64,000 nt of DNA from Octopus vulgaris (lineage: Eukaryota), in assembly GCA_951406725.2 (NCBI GenBank), contig OX597818.1, positions 111,662,001 through 111,726,000 of the forward strand. Direction: 5' to 3'. Below, one piece after another: positions 1 through 14,011 of this stretch (the stretch's first letter is position 1; the number at the start of each line of letters is the position of its first letter). The position numbers and the translations under genes were made by a program. The notes under the pieces were generated by a model. That model was not told the DNA's origin. It did not search any database and saw only the letters and a list, made by a program, of their open reading frames with translations.

Positions 1-560
1 GAATACCTGACCCGCCTGTTTCAAACGACTTTCGGCCCGGGACCTATGGACAACTTCCAGAGATCCCTGGCCTGGCGGTGCTACCGAGAAGCGCTACCCG
101 TTCGGGATAAGCTCTATAGGCATGGCTCGAGAAACACGGGGCCGACCTGCCCGAGATGCGGGCAGAGCGACGAAACCGCTCTGCACGCAATCGTGCAGTG
201 TCCAGCAATTTCCCACCTGTGGGCTTATGTCGAACGACTGCTGTCACGTGTGGGACGTGTCGGTTTATCAGCCGAGTCTATCGTTAATATCGTCACGCCT
301 CCTTCCTTCAAACGGGAAGGAAGAGCTATTTTTATCATACTATGGCGAAAGAATGTATCTGGTGGACGCGTCTGAAAGGATTAGAGACAAACACTTTCCT
401 CTCTGGTCAATCTCTCATCAACTTCTTCAAGTATCACTTGAAGAAAAAAGTGAGAGTAGAGAGGCAAGTTTTGTCTAGTGAATGTTTTAAAAAAAGATGG
501 GTGAATGTAGCAAGGATGGCACGTATGAATGACGAAGCCACCTTGACTATGATTCTATGA
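1..560 (+). pseudogene. Frameshifted LINE ORF2 C-terminal fragment (zf-RVT zinc-binding domain)
   Basis: Two overlapping ORFs (46-375, 342-560) join as ...AIFIIL / AKECIWWTRLKG..., consistent with a small deletion near 342. Confidence 0.8.
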
Positions 561-962
561 ACCGTAAAAATTAATACAGAGAGTTGCTTATTTGCAAAAA
601 AAAAAAAAAAAAAGAAGAAATATAACATGTGACTTCATTGACCGAGGTTACCGTGGTCTTTTCCGTAGGCTTTTCTTTCCACGGGTAAACCTCACCTGTC
701 CTCCCCTTTACACTTCATATTGACATTTCTGTGATAACGATCCCTATTGATCAATTTTTTCCTCTCCCCCTTTTTTTTAACCCCCCTTTTTTTGTCCTCT
801 TTCTCTCCTTTTACGATCCCTTTTGATCGACCCCCCTTTTTTATTTTATTTTTATTTTATTTTTTTATTTTTTATTTTTTTATTTTTTAAACCTTCAAAA
901 GAAAAGCTCTACCTTGTAATTTGTTCTATCTGTGTGCATCCCTGTGTGGCTAATAAAGAAAC
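1..962 (+). mobile_element. 3' end of an L1/Tx1-clade LINE (ORF2 C-terminus plus 3' UTR), running off the window start
   Basis: ORF 46-375 reads LAWRCYREALPVRDKL...CPRCGQSDETALHAIVQC...LW, the zf-RVT CCHC signature of L1/Tx1 ORF2. It continues in another frame to a stop at 558-560. A T-rich 3' UTR ends AATAAAGAAA and abuts (ATCT)n. Confidence 0.85.
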
Positions 963-963
963 A

Positions 964-1165
<202 letters not shown>

Positions 1166-1906
1166 TTACATCTGTATCTAACGCATGAAATTACGACCCT
1201 TGACTCACTCTGTAGCTTTTGCTAAATAATAATATATATATATATATATTAACACACACACATATATACACAGAGATAGATAGATGGTGAGAGAAGCAGA
1301 TAGAGATACAAATACATAGACATACACGTACATACATTACTGGTTGTTGTTGTGGGTATGAATAATAAACACTGTTCCACACACACATACACACACACAT
1401 ACTGGTCAAAATCCTCAGTTTTAACGAGTTAACTTTCCAACGACAACGGAACAGAGAGACATAAAAGGCGCAACCTAGACTCCAGCCAATATAGAATCTA
1501 ATAACAATAACAGAACAGATAAATACGTGACATCTCTGACATCTCTTTATATGAATGATATTAATAAATTCTCTTTATATTAATGTCCAATATGATTGTC
1601 CCGTGATGTATAAAATTTACCTCAATAAAACATGAAAAAGAAGCTTTCACCTTATGAACTACGTAGCAGTAAATATACTTTATTAAATAATATCCATTCC
1701 AATAAGGTCTCCGACAATAAATAGTAAGAGTGTGTGTGTGTGTGTGTATGATGTAACCATGGAATGTTGGTCCCACATCTGGAAAGGAGCTGTTGCTGTA
1801 CAGACAGCCGACGCATCATTTAATGCAGTGGTCGGTTCTCAACCGGGGTGCCTATGGCTCGTGAGGGTCCACACAAGATTTGTGGGTGTCCGGGCAACAA
1901 AGTAAT

Positions 1907-2245
1907 AGGCTGTATGGTAAGAAGCTTGCTTACCAACCACATGGTTCCAGGTTCAGTCCCACTGCGTGGCACTTTGGGCAACCGTCTTCTACTATAGTCT
2001 TCCCTTACGGGACTGTCACGTTATGTTGACAGTATACAACCACTATATATACATACACATATGAACATATATGTGTGTGAGTGTGATTACGTTCTGGTGG
2101 TGGTGTCTTTACGTCTCCGTTACTTAGCGTTTTGGTCAAAGAGGCTAATAGACTAAGTACCCGGCTTAAAATTAATAAGTACTTGGGTCTCCAAGACAAT
2201 GTCCCAGCATGGCCACGGTCGAATGACTAAAACAAGTATAAAAAT
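1907..2245 (+). mobile_element. SINE family A (tRNA-derived head, CORE-like centre, internal TA/GT microsatellite), degenerate copy
   Basis: GGCTGTATGGTAAGAAGCTTGC...GGTTCAGTCCCACTGCGTGGCACTTTGGGCAA...CCAGCATGGCCACGGTCGAATGACTAAAACAAGT; matches about 20 other copies in the window. Confidence 0.8.
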
Positions 2246-3196
2246 AAATGACATACACGCATACATACTTGCATACATATGTGTATACAAACATACAAAT
2301 ATGCAGGAAGATTTTGGTTGATAGCCATACGTCTGTGTACGTTTCCCTGTCTTTGTGTGCGTGAGAGAATGTCTATCGATGTAGAGAAATGTTTCTGTCG
2401 CAAATACGGATTGGAAATCTTGTGTTTCTATTTGCTAAAATCTTCCTATTGTGTATTTTTATTAGACTTCGCCTTATCAAGATGGCCTACCCGGACACAA
2501 TATCCCCATTAAATTCACCCACACTACTTCCCCTTTCATCCTACTACTTCCCCTTTCATCCTTTAGGAGTCAATAAATTAAGTATCAATTGCGTACTGGG
2601 ATCGATCTAATCGACTGCCTCCATCCCCAAAATTTCCGGCCTTGTGCCTAGAGGAGAAAAGAATATTTTCTTTTTAGAATGTGTCAATGAAATTTCCTGT
2701 TTCTTTTGACGCCGTCAACTTGCAACCGTTCAGGAAAAACTAAAACTACATCGATATCGCTACTTTGGAATGTCTTCCAAGTATCCTTGACAAGTCTGTT
2801 CCTCCAGAGCAAGCCACAAAATAATGGAAAATAAACTAAATGAATTTCTTTGTCAATGAATCTAAAGTAAATATAAAATTTGTCAGCAAAATCATGTATG
2901 TTTGTAAACTTAAAATGCAAACGATGTTCTTCAGAAGAAAAATAATCATAAAATAAACGATAGGCACAATTTTTTCTAAATAAAAGGCTACATCTTGTTA
3001 AACTGCTAAGATTCATGCGACTGATTTTCAACTTGGACAATTTTAAGCCGATGTCTTCAGGAGAAATGTGAGACGGAAAGGATTATGTTTCTCTGTTTGA
3101 AGGCAGGAAACCAAATACTTAAACAAAGAAATCAATGTTATATTAGAATACTGTAGCATAATCATTTATTTATGAAAATGATACAATTATCAATAT

Positions 3197-3236
<40 letters not shown>

Positions 3237-3249
3237 CTCTCTGTCGCTG

Positions 3250-3282
<33 letters not shown>

Positions 3283-3326
3283 TATGGTACAAATTAAATA
3301 GGCTACAAATACGAATATATATTACA

Positions 3327-3710
3327 GCACTCCGTCGGTTGCGACGACCAGGGTTCTGGTTGATCCGATCAACGGAACAGCTTGCTCGTGAAATTAACGT
3401 GCAAGTGGCTGAGTACTCCACAGACACGTGTACCCTTAATATAGTTCACGGGGAGATTCAGCATGACACAGAGTGTGACAATGCTGGCCCCTTTGAAATA
3501 TAGGTACAAGAGAAACAGGAAGAAAGAGTGAGAGAAAGTTGTGGTGAAAGAGTACAGCGGGGTTCGCCCCCCCCCCCGCCCCTGCCGGAGTTCGTGGAGC
3601 ATTAGGTGTATTCGCTCGATAAACACTCACAACGCCTGGTCTGGGAGTCGAAATCGCGATCCTATGACTGCGAGGCCCTTTCCCTAACCACTGGGTCATT
3701 GCACCTCCAC
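3327..3710 (-). mobile_element. SINE family B, near full length (tRNA-derived head with A/B boxes)
   Basis: Minus strand begins GTGGAGGTGCAATGACCCAGTGGTTAGGG...TTCGACTCCC and ends ...GTCGCAACCGACGGAGTGC. Homologous pieces lie at 9705-9870, 16740-16930, 19560-19705, 24436-24625, 31630-31755 and 60225-60532. Confidence 0.85.
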
Positions 3711-3750
3711 GAATATATATACAGTACATGGGACAGCAAAGAGTTGAACT

Positions 3751-4153
3751 GGCGGCGAGCTGGCAGAAACGTTAGCTCGCCGGGCGAAATGCTTAGTGGT
3801 ATTTCGTCTGTCTTTACGTTCTGAGTTCAAATTCCACCGAGGTCAACTTTGCCTTTCATCCTTTTGGGGGACGATAAATTAAGTACCAGTTACGCACTGG
3901 GGTCGATGTAATCGACTTAATACCTATGTCTGTCCTTGTTTGTCCCCTCTGTGTTTAGCCCCTTGTGGGTAATAAAGAAATAGGTATTCCGTCTGTCTTT
4001 ACGTTCTGAGTTCAAATTCCACCGAGGTCAACTTTGCCTTTCATCCTTTTGGGGGGACGATAAATTAAGTACCAGTTGCGTACTCGGGTCGATCTAATCG
4101 ACTGGCCCCTTCCCTAAAATTTCGGGCCTTGCACCTAGAGTAGAAAAGAATAT
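3751..4153 (+). mobile_element. SINE family C, dimeric arrangement
   Basis: Degenerate tRNA head (GAGTTCAAATTCC B box) plus a central ACTTTGCCTTTCATCC...GATAAATTAAGTACCAG domain, present twice and separated by a 60-bp tail ending AATAAAGAAATA. Confidence 0.85.
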
Positions 4154-5530
4154 TACAGGAAACGGAGCAGTTATTCCTGTTTGTTGAATTGTGACGAAAG
4201 CCATATGTCTAACTTCGTTATGCATCAAAAATATTTCTTGCATTGAAATCTAAATGAAAAAAATTTCAAAATTCAATGTTTGAAAATTGAACAATTTCTG
4301 TAAAAGGTGGTTAGTAATAGAGGAAACGTGCACATATGAAACTTGCTGTAGTTTTGAAACTGTTATCTTTAGAAGTAGAAGAACAAGAAACATGTGTGTC
4401 CAATATAAAGATATTTTGAAAGACATTTTAATATTAGAGAAAGCACAGACGTTTATTATATTTTAATAGAAAGAATTCAAGTACATGAATATGTTTGTAC
4501 AGATATAATTATTCGCGGTTGTTTGAAGATTAACATTATTGGAAACGAAAATTTCGATGTCGATTTAGTGATATTTTTAGCGAGCTGAATACGACGTAAA
4601 GTGAACGTGAGAATTGACGTGCAAACAGTCTCAACAAATTTTACATTAATTTAGAAGATGGCTAAATTAAAGCTAAAAATATAAAACAGCTATTAACACC
4701 TGGTCTGTTTATATGCAATTCACGTAATTAATAGAAAAGTAGGTGATATAAGATCAGGTGTGTGTATATATGTATGTGTGTGTTTCTATATATCTGTGTG
4801 TAAGTGTCTGTATGCTCGATAGTGTCTGTGTATGTGTGTGCATGTGTGTATGTATATATACAAGGAATGAAAGATAAGAGAGGCCGAGAGACAAAAAAAA
4901 AACAATCAGGGTGAGAGAGAGAAAGAGAGAGAGAGAGAGAGGGAGAGAGAGAGAGAGGGAGAGACAGAGAGAGAATTAAATATTTGTCGAAGTTATCAAC
5001 AAATTTCAAAAATAGTAACGGTTACTGCTTTAGAGTTAATTGCACGGTTGGAATTGGGCTTGTATGGAAACATGTCTGGTTGTGTTATTGGTAGTGTCTG
5101 TTCCCTACGTGAGTAATCCTTAATGACTTTGCTTTAAAATGAGTTAACATGAACTTTACTATATGAGTTCAAATTAAGATGAACTCGGATCTTTTATTTA
5201 GGACTGGATTTGTAATCTGTTGCCGTTTCTTATACTTTCCTCGGTCTTACGTTTATCGCTCTCTCTACTAATACATGTTTCGTTAAATTCTCGATTATAT
5301 ACACCGATCTCACATATTCTCTTCTGAAGATTTCTATTTGAAAATTTAAACTTTTCTTCTGCACGGCATAAGATTTATTTCACCGTCGAATGTATTAATT
5401 TTTGCGGACACAAAACATCACTAGTTTCTTTGCTAACTGCTATTTCTTTTTTCTTTCTTTGTTGTTTGTTTGTTTGTTTGTTTGCTTGTTTCTTTCTTTC
5501 TTCTTTCTTTCTTTCGTCACCCTTCTATAT

Positions 5531-5588
<58 letters not shown>

Positions 5589-5648
5589 AGAAAAAGAAAA
5601 TAGGGATTGGGAAGTTGATAATTGTTTATTATTAACAGCAAATTGATC

Positions 5649-5738
5649 ATCCCTTACAGCTGTTTCAATTAATTTTCAATAAATATTAAGTAAATATTAA
5701 ATTTATATGATCTGAGCGTAATATCTTCAGAGAGGGAT
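5649..5738 (-). ncRNA. Degenerate type I hammerhead motif in a short TA-embedded element
   Basis: Minus strand: ATCCCT (stem I), CTCTGAAGA, AT-rich stem II, GAAA, CAGCTG, TA, AGGGAT. A related fragment lies at 20352-20430. Confidence 0.5.
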
Positions 5739-6204
5739 CGATATATATATACATATATATATATATTAGTATGTATATACATATTTATATATAAATATAT
5801 AGATAGAGAGAGAGAGAGAAAGAAATTTGTGTATGTGTGTTCGTGCGTGCGTGAGTGCACGTGCGCGCCTGTGTGCGTGTGTTTGTATGTTTGCATACAC
5901 ATATATAGATTGGAATCCATGTGTAGATAGATGTAAATAGACTCAACATGACTATCATATATAAATAACTCGTTTATAATTAGATCGCATATCATCGCTC
6001 AGAAAAATCGATCACCTATTTCTACCAGAAACAAATAGAGAATGTTCGAAACATCACGCGCAAAAGTCAAACTAAATTCCAAGTGAAGAACTCGCTAAGA
6101 AATCACGTTTACAAGTCATTCACAGATGCTTAAAAAATTCCGGCGAATTAACAATTTTAAGACAAACTGTTATTCACACTATAAACTTTTAAATTTGCAT
6201 CTTT

Positions 6205-6560
6205 TAAATTCTTTTATTTGTTTCAGTCATTTGACATCGGCAAAGTTGGAGCACCAACTTTAGTCGAACAAATCGAACCCAGGACTTATTCTTTGTAAGC
6301 GTAGTACTTATTCTATGGTTATCAAGCAATAGTGGGAGGGGCAAACACAGACTCACAAATACAGACACACGCACACACACACACACACACACGCACACAC
6401 ACACACACACACACGCACACACACATACACGACGGGCTTCTTTCAGTTTCCTTCTACCAAGTCCACTCACAAGGCTTTCGTCGGCCCGAAGCTATAGTAG
6501 AAGACACTTACTCAAGGTTCCACGAAGTGGGACTGAGCCCGGAACCATGTGGCTGGTGCA
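6205..6560 (-). mobile_element. SINE family A copy
   Basis: Reverse complement of the family A head, core and tail with an internal (CA)n. Confidence 0.8.
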
Positions 6561-6985
6561 GTTTGAGGATAATACTGTTAAAATCATGGATTCAGTATTG
6601 CAAAAAGGAACATGACGATTCTGCTTGTTTATTATGCATATACACATGTGTACATGTACACACAGACACACAGCCTTGTGTGTCTGTGTGTGCGTATATA
6701 TGAGAATAGAGGCACCTATTTATACGTACAGATATAAATGTGCATGCATACATATACACGTACATTTATGCATGCACATAAACATTTGCATGCATATGAG
6801 TGCGTATAATCACATGTACATATATATATGCATCTTTCTTCTATCTCTCTACATTTACATATACATATACATACATATATATATATATATACATATATAT
6901 ATATGTATATATATATGCATATGCATATATACATACATACATATATGTATATATACACATATACATATACATATATATATGTATG

Positions 6986-7017
<32 letters not shown>

Positions 7018-7057
7018 TATATACATACACACATATATATATACATATATGTACATA

Positions 7058-7163
<106 letters not shown>

Positions 7164-7746
7164 TGTATGCACAGATATATATATGTTTGTATGTATACAT
7201 TTGCAAACTTATTGAGTGGGCGGATAGATATTTCTAGAATAATAAAGACAAACCAACGTCTTGACAAACAGTTGACGTCATAGTTCTTTGTATCCAAAAT
7301 AATGCTAAGACAAACCAATTTTCAAAGTAGATTTCCATTATCGCAGACCATCCTCCAGTTTTCTTTATTAGCATTATTATTATTATAGTAAATCCGCACT
7401 ACACAACTGCGTAATGCACATAAAAACCTGTTTGGCTTTAGGTCACATTAACAGCGATCGCAAAAGCAAAATGTATGTATGTATGTATGTATGTATGTAT
7501 GTATGTATGTATGTATGTATGTATGTATGTATCTATCTATTTATCTATCTATCTAGCTAGCTAGCTATCATCTATTTATTTATTTATCTATCACATATGT
7601 GTGTTTATGTATATATATTTACATAGGTATACATGTATTTATATATATGTATTTATATATATGTATTTATATATATGTATATATATATGTATCTATATAT
7701 AAGGTATTTTTCGATGTTGTTATTGTTGTTGTTGTTGCTATTATTA

Positions 7747-7768
<22 letters not shown>

Positions 7769-7789
<21 letters not shown>

Positions 7790-7899
7790 AGTCCCTGCCT
7801 GGAATTGAACTCGGAATCTTGGGGTTAGTAACCCGCGCTCTTAACCCCAAGATTCCGAGTTCGATTCCAGGCAGTAACCTGAATAATAATAATAATAAT
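7769..7899. repeat. Fold-back inverted repeat of a tRNA-like SINE head fragment within (ATT)n
   Basis: GCCTGGAATTGAACTCGGAATCTTGGGGTTA / TAACCCCAAGATTCCGAGTTCGATTCCAGGC with a 14-nt spacer. Confidence 0.85.
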
Positions 7900-8132
7900 T
7901 TACTCCATATGTTAATGATATCTTTGACAAAAAACTTTGCAAAACTAACCCCTGGGCCATTGCACCTCCACCGTTCTCCACTCAATTTGTGTTAGTGTCA
8001 TACGGGGAAAAGTCATGATTTAAGTTGTTAGCTCCATAAATCCAACATATTGAATCTTTATAGCTAAAAACCACTACAAAAATTTCTATATCTAATCCTA
8101 TGATCATCCTCGACTGACTATATCGTACTCAC

Positions 8133-8177
<45 letters not shown>

Positions 8178-8808
8178 ATTTAGGTCGGTAGAGTCAAACG
8201 GTACTTTGTACTTGATACGGAGGGTGATGCTCCAGCATGGCTGCAGTCTAATGACTGATGCAAATAAAAGATCAAAGAGAAAAGATGTATCTGTGTCTCG
8301 AAGCATCTCGTGTACTCTGTGGTATATTTTTGAATATTTAGTGATTAATAAACATTAAATTTTATCACCTTTCTCATCGGATTTTAATATTTTATGAGAA
8401 AAATTTTATTGCTTTGCGATACTTTTTCTTCTCAAATAATTTCCGATTGGATTTACAATTTGGAAAAAAAAATTAGATAGGTTAAAATTGTCATTTTATA
8501 TATTTCCATATTTCTTATCGTTTTTACTTTTATAAATGCATAAATAAATGATTAAATTCATAGAATTCTGTTTTGTATGAAACAATGCATTTCGTTCATT
8601 TTCCACAATAAATTGCCTAGACCGATATTTTGGTTATATGACTAATATTAAACGCCCTAAACATCAGTTTGTGAAATTATCTGACAGCAGACACTTAGTG
8701 TAGATTTCACCTTGAGGTTCAAGTTGTCGTAAACGCATTTTAACATCAACCACAGAATAAAGTAGTCATAAATATTGTCTTAAGTCCAGTGGTTCCACAG
8801 AGTATTTG

Positions 8809-9048
<240 letters not shown>

Positions 9049-9101
9049 CTGTTTCAACACACGACTTCACATAAAAAATCTTGCACAACAAATATATAAA
9101 C

Positions 9102-9143
<42 letters not shown>

Positions 9144-10514
9144 ACGGGTTTCTTTCAGTTTCCGTCAACCAAATTCACCCACAAAACTTTGGTCAAGGTT
9201 ATTGTAGAAGACACTTGCCCAAGTTGCCAGGCAGTGGAACTGAACCTGGAACCATACAGTTGGGAGGCAAGCTTTTTGCCACACAGCCAGGAATGGGGCT
9301 ATATGCATAGCATACAAATATACATATACGTATTCATATACACACATACACAACAGCATATGTGTGTGCACATAATGTATACAGACATATATATGCATGG
9401 TGTGTGTGTGCGTGCGCGCGAATGTATGAATGTGCGCGCGTGTTTTCAACCTCGGGCCCAGGAAAAGTTGAGAGCTATTTGTGCAAGGTGCATATCTATG
9501 AAATTTGAAGCTCGTAAAATGTATACAATTTCGACGGTTTTGTGCAGGAGACCTCGTGGAAGATTAAAACCAAGAGACAATGGGTTATAACGGATTACAA
9601 ATGAATTATTGAGCGGATTTATATGTGTCAGAATGGTTCAAACGAAAGCAAGTTAGTGTGTCAGAGCATTATAATCTCTTGAGAGAACTGTAAAATACAT
9701 ATGGTTCTCCGTCGATTACGACGACGCGTGTTCCAGTTGATCCGATCAACGAAACAGCCTGCTCGTTAAATTAACGTGTAAGTGGCTGGCCAATCCCCAG
9801 GCATGCGTACCCTTAACGTAGTTCTCGGGGAACTTCAGCTTCACACAGTATGTGACAAAGCTGGTCTAATTATAACACATAATAAATAATACAAGCCTAA
9901 ATAAATTAATTTGGTCAATTAAAGACTAAAACAATAGCTATTCTATCGGGTGAGGATCAATTAGTACTGATAAGCCTTGTCGAGTAGGAGGAAATAGATG
10001 CAACTTATGCGCTTAGGACCTATTCAAAATATTTACATGAAGACACGAACATTCGGGCTTGATATAACAAATGGAACAATATAACCTAAAAATAAAAATA
10101 TTTAATAACCATCATTAATAAAAAAACAAACAAACAATGTACAACTATGTACAAATAATGAGCAACCCAACCAAAGAATGAGTATACACAAACAAGGACC
10201 CTTCAATAAAAGCACAACTTTCGAAATCAAAAATAAAACAGCCATTAAAACGTACAAAGGCCTGAGAAAACAACAGTCGCGAACTTAACCTATTTTAAGA
10301 CAAAACCCTAACTTCGGATAGCGACTATAATACCCCCACCTATAATAATACCTATAATACCCCTACCTCCCACATACTCACATACTTCAATCAGTTCACT
10401 TCAAGGATGACCAAATGGATGGACCCTGATGAAGCTGCACCGACAATATTGCAAAGTTGCAGTTGCAATACTGAGTATTCGCTGCAGCGGGAAAACGTGT
10501 AGCTTATTATAATA

Positions 10515-10611
10515 TCCTTGGGGCTGGCTAGATTGGAGCAATCTCGAGTATAACTAACCAAAATTGCAAAGATAATCTGGAACTCGACTGAGGAAAGAAA
10601 ACTCCGAATGA
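10515..10611 (+). ncRNA. Scrambled-order hammerhead motif, decayed copy (GAAA mutated to AAAA)
   Basis: GGCTGG/CTAACC (stem II), CTAGATT/AATCTGG (P4), GCAA/TTGC (III), ATC site, TCGAGT/ACTCGA (I), CTGAGGA at 10588-10594. Confidence 0.6.
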
Positions 10612-10692
10612 CCCATCCTTGTTTTTTCTTGTCCCTTTTTTGTATCATCTAGCTGTCTGGATGTTTTGCGTTCTTGTTTCAGTTTTTGTATT

Positions 10693-10957
<265 letters not shown>

Positions 10958-11115
10958 ACAGTATATGCTTCAACACACGAAGCCTGCAAACCAAATCCCA
11001 AAACGAAATATATATATATGAAAGAGAGGGATATAGAGAGACAGAGACAGAGGGGGAGAGAGGGGAGGGAGATGGATAGATAAATAGATAGATAAGTAGG
11101 TAGATAGATAAATAA

Positions 11116-11188
<73 letters not shown>

Positions 11189-11618
11189 CAAATTGATGGA
11201 CAGAAAGATAGGCAGGTAGATAGATAAATAGATAGATAGATAGATAGATAGATATAAATCTACCGAGGGAAGAATTTCTCTGCAATGCAAAAGTATTTCT
11301 TTCTGAATTACCATATTGACGAAAATACTTTATTCAAAAACCAGAATAAACCGGAAAAAAAAACTCATTCGTTATATATGTGAGAAATAAAATTACATTT
11401 GTCAAAGTAAAATCATAAAGAATTTAACATAGCAATTCAGTGACAATTGCAATCATACAAAGACCCACAGACAAGCGTACGACAGTTAACATAAAGCTAA
11501 CAAGTAGCAAGCTGCTGATGTGACTGTCATTATTGAAGCTCGCCTAATAAATCTATATAAATTTCGTTATCTCTTTCATCCCAGTGAATATCGCTTTCGT
11601 TTCTATGCAGCTTTTATG

Positions 11619-11682
<64 letters not shown>

Positions 11683-11793
11683 GTGTGTGTGTGTGTGTGT
11701 ATGTGTGTGTGTGTTTCTGTGTGTTTATTTGATTCGATGTGTGTGCATCTCCGCATACACATATCTATGTATTTAAATACATCTATGTACTTA

Positions 11794-11872
<79 letters not shown>

Positions 11873-12291
11873 TTATCTATTTATCTATACACACACACAC
11901 ACACCTTACAGTCATGCACACACGCACGCACGCACACACGCACGCACGCACACACGCACGCACGCACACACGCACGCACGCACACACGCACGCACGCACA
12001 CACGCACGTACGCACACACGGACGCACGCACACACGCACGCACACAAAACTATCCTGGTGTTCACAGTGAAAGGCAATAAATCCAGGTCTCACTGCTTAA
12101 AATTGTGGAAACAAACCACATAAAACTGTGTATTTCAGGAATCTGTGGTCCGATTTACGCGAAACTTGTTTTATTCTTTCTGTGCTCACATTCCAAGGGT
12201 GGGGTACCTTACTTTCAGAATATTTCCTCATTATGCACCGGTTTGGCTTATTAAATTACAGACAAGCACGCAAGCAATCACAGGCTTTTAG

Positions 12292-12357
<66 letters not shown>

Positions 12358-13070
12358 TTATATATGTACATTGTGGGTATGTGCGTGTGTCCTTGTGTCT
12401 GTGTTTATCCGCATCATCGCTTGACAACCGGTGCTGGTGCATTTACGTCCACATAACGTAGTTCTTCGACAAAAGTGCGATAGAATAAGTACCAGACTCG
12501 CTCTGCCCCAGCATGGTCTCAGTCAAATAACTGAAGGAAGTAAAAGATAAACGATAAAAGATGAAAGTTTAATTTCCATAATAAAAAAACTGAGGGAAGC
12601 GAAAGAAAATAACTCGAGAGTGCGAATGGTTTGAATTTTATTAACAAAACTTAAGAGCGAATCCTGAACACTTTACATCATATATTGTTAATATATTTCA
12701 TAATTTCCTTCACTGTAGCAGTAGTAGTGATGGTGAAGATAGCGGCTCTGGTGGCTCTGGTGGCGGCGCGGCGACGGTGGTGGTGCTAGTTTTATTTTGT
12801 TTGCTCTAGGTTTTATAGATCTACTTTAGAGGAATCAAGCTGTGTGTTAGCAGACTTCAGCTGTCATCAATAAGATTTTGATAGGAGTCAATGTGCAGCA
12901 AATATTTGCAGTCAGTAAATAACGATGCAGTTTATAGATTTTTGTTTTTACTATAAAAAATAAAATGCGATAAGGCTCCCCATGATTCGGGTTACGGCTT
13001 AGACGCAGTTTCAAATCCCGATCGATGCAGCTTCACTATCACATATCCCCTATCTTCCCTTTATAAGTAA

Positions 13071-13460
13071 CTAGCAGTATCGCCCGGCGTTGCTCGGGTT
13101 TGTTTCGACCCTTTAGAATTGGAATTTTTGAAAAGTAAAAATTTTGCATTATGTAACTTGTTACTTTCTTTAAGTGAACATTTTTCTGGTTGAAATACAC
13201 CGAAAAATGGCGACACAGCAGTCAAAAAATCGTAAAAAATAGGGATTTTCATAGAAAAAAGCACCTATTTAATGTAAATAGTTTTTGGTTGTTAACATGG
13301 TCTGATTTGAATGTTTTCTTCCACGGAAGGAAGAGCAAGCCTTCTTCTATCATACTTTCAATTTTGGTCAACTTGCGCCGCAAGGTCTCGGAGGAGATAG
13401 TGTTAGTTGAAGGCTACCAAACCAGCCATACACAGACAACTTCAGCTTTATATATATAGA
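13071..13460 (-). mobile_element. Non-autonomous Helitron
   Basis: Minus strand starts TCTATATATATAAAG and ends with hairpin CCCGAGCAACGCCGGG followed by CTAG. It is inserted between A and T with no TSD. Confidence 0.85.
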
Positions 13461-13639
13461 TTTGGGAGTGGTGGCTACGTAACTTAAGGAATAGGAAGTC
13501 TGACCCCTTATTCAAGTAAATCGGGAATTCAAACTTCAGTGGATGACGGAAATTCTTGCTGCTGTTTTGCTCCTGGGCAGAGCTGAATATTCCCGCATTG
13601 TGTACCTTGGAGTACATTAACAATACTCATATGTACATT

Positions 13640-13721
13640 GGTTGTCAAGCGATGGTGGGGAGACAAATACAGACACACAAACACATACACACACACACAC
13701 ACGCATTTATATACACATATC

Positions 13722-13780
<59 letters not shown>

Positions 13781-13932
13781 GAAGGGTTTCTTTCAGTTTC
13801 CGTCTACCAAATCCACTCACAGGGCTTTGGTCGGCCCGAGGCTATAGCAGAAGACACTAGCCTAAGGTGCCGCGTAGTGGAACTGAACCCTGAACCATGT
13901 GGCTGGTAAGCAAGTTACCTACCACACAGCCT
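13640..13932 (-). mobile_element. SINE family A, 5' two-thirds
   Basis: Homology to the other copies. Confidence 0.8.
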
Positions 13933-14011
13933 TAGAAAAAACAAAGGACGAAGACAGGTGTATGGACAACAAGCAAGTGTTTTAGTTTGACGCTCGGAAA
14001 GAGGAAAAAGT

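Noticed and set aside
1405-1445. Possible type II hammerhead on the minus strand (GAAA GTTAAC TC ... CTGAGGA)
   Set aside because: Stem I cannot form and stem II pairs poorly; truncated by (CA)n.
2684-3065. 118-aa minus-strand ORF with a nearby CTGAAGA...GAAA
   Set aside because: No clear RT motif and no stem I pairing; at best very old TE debris.
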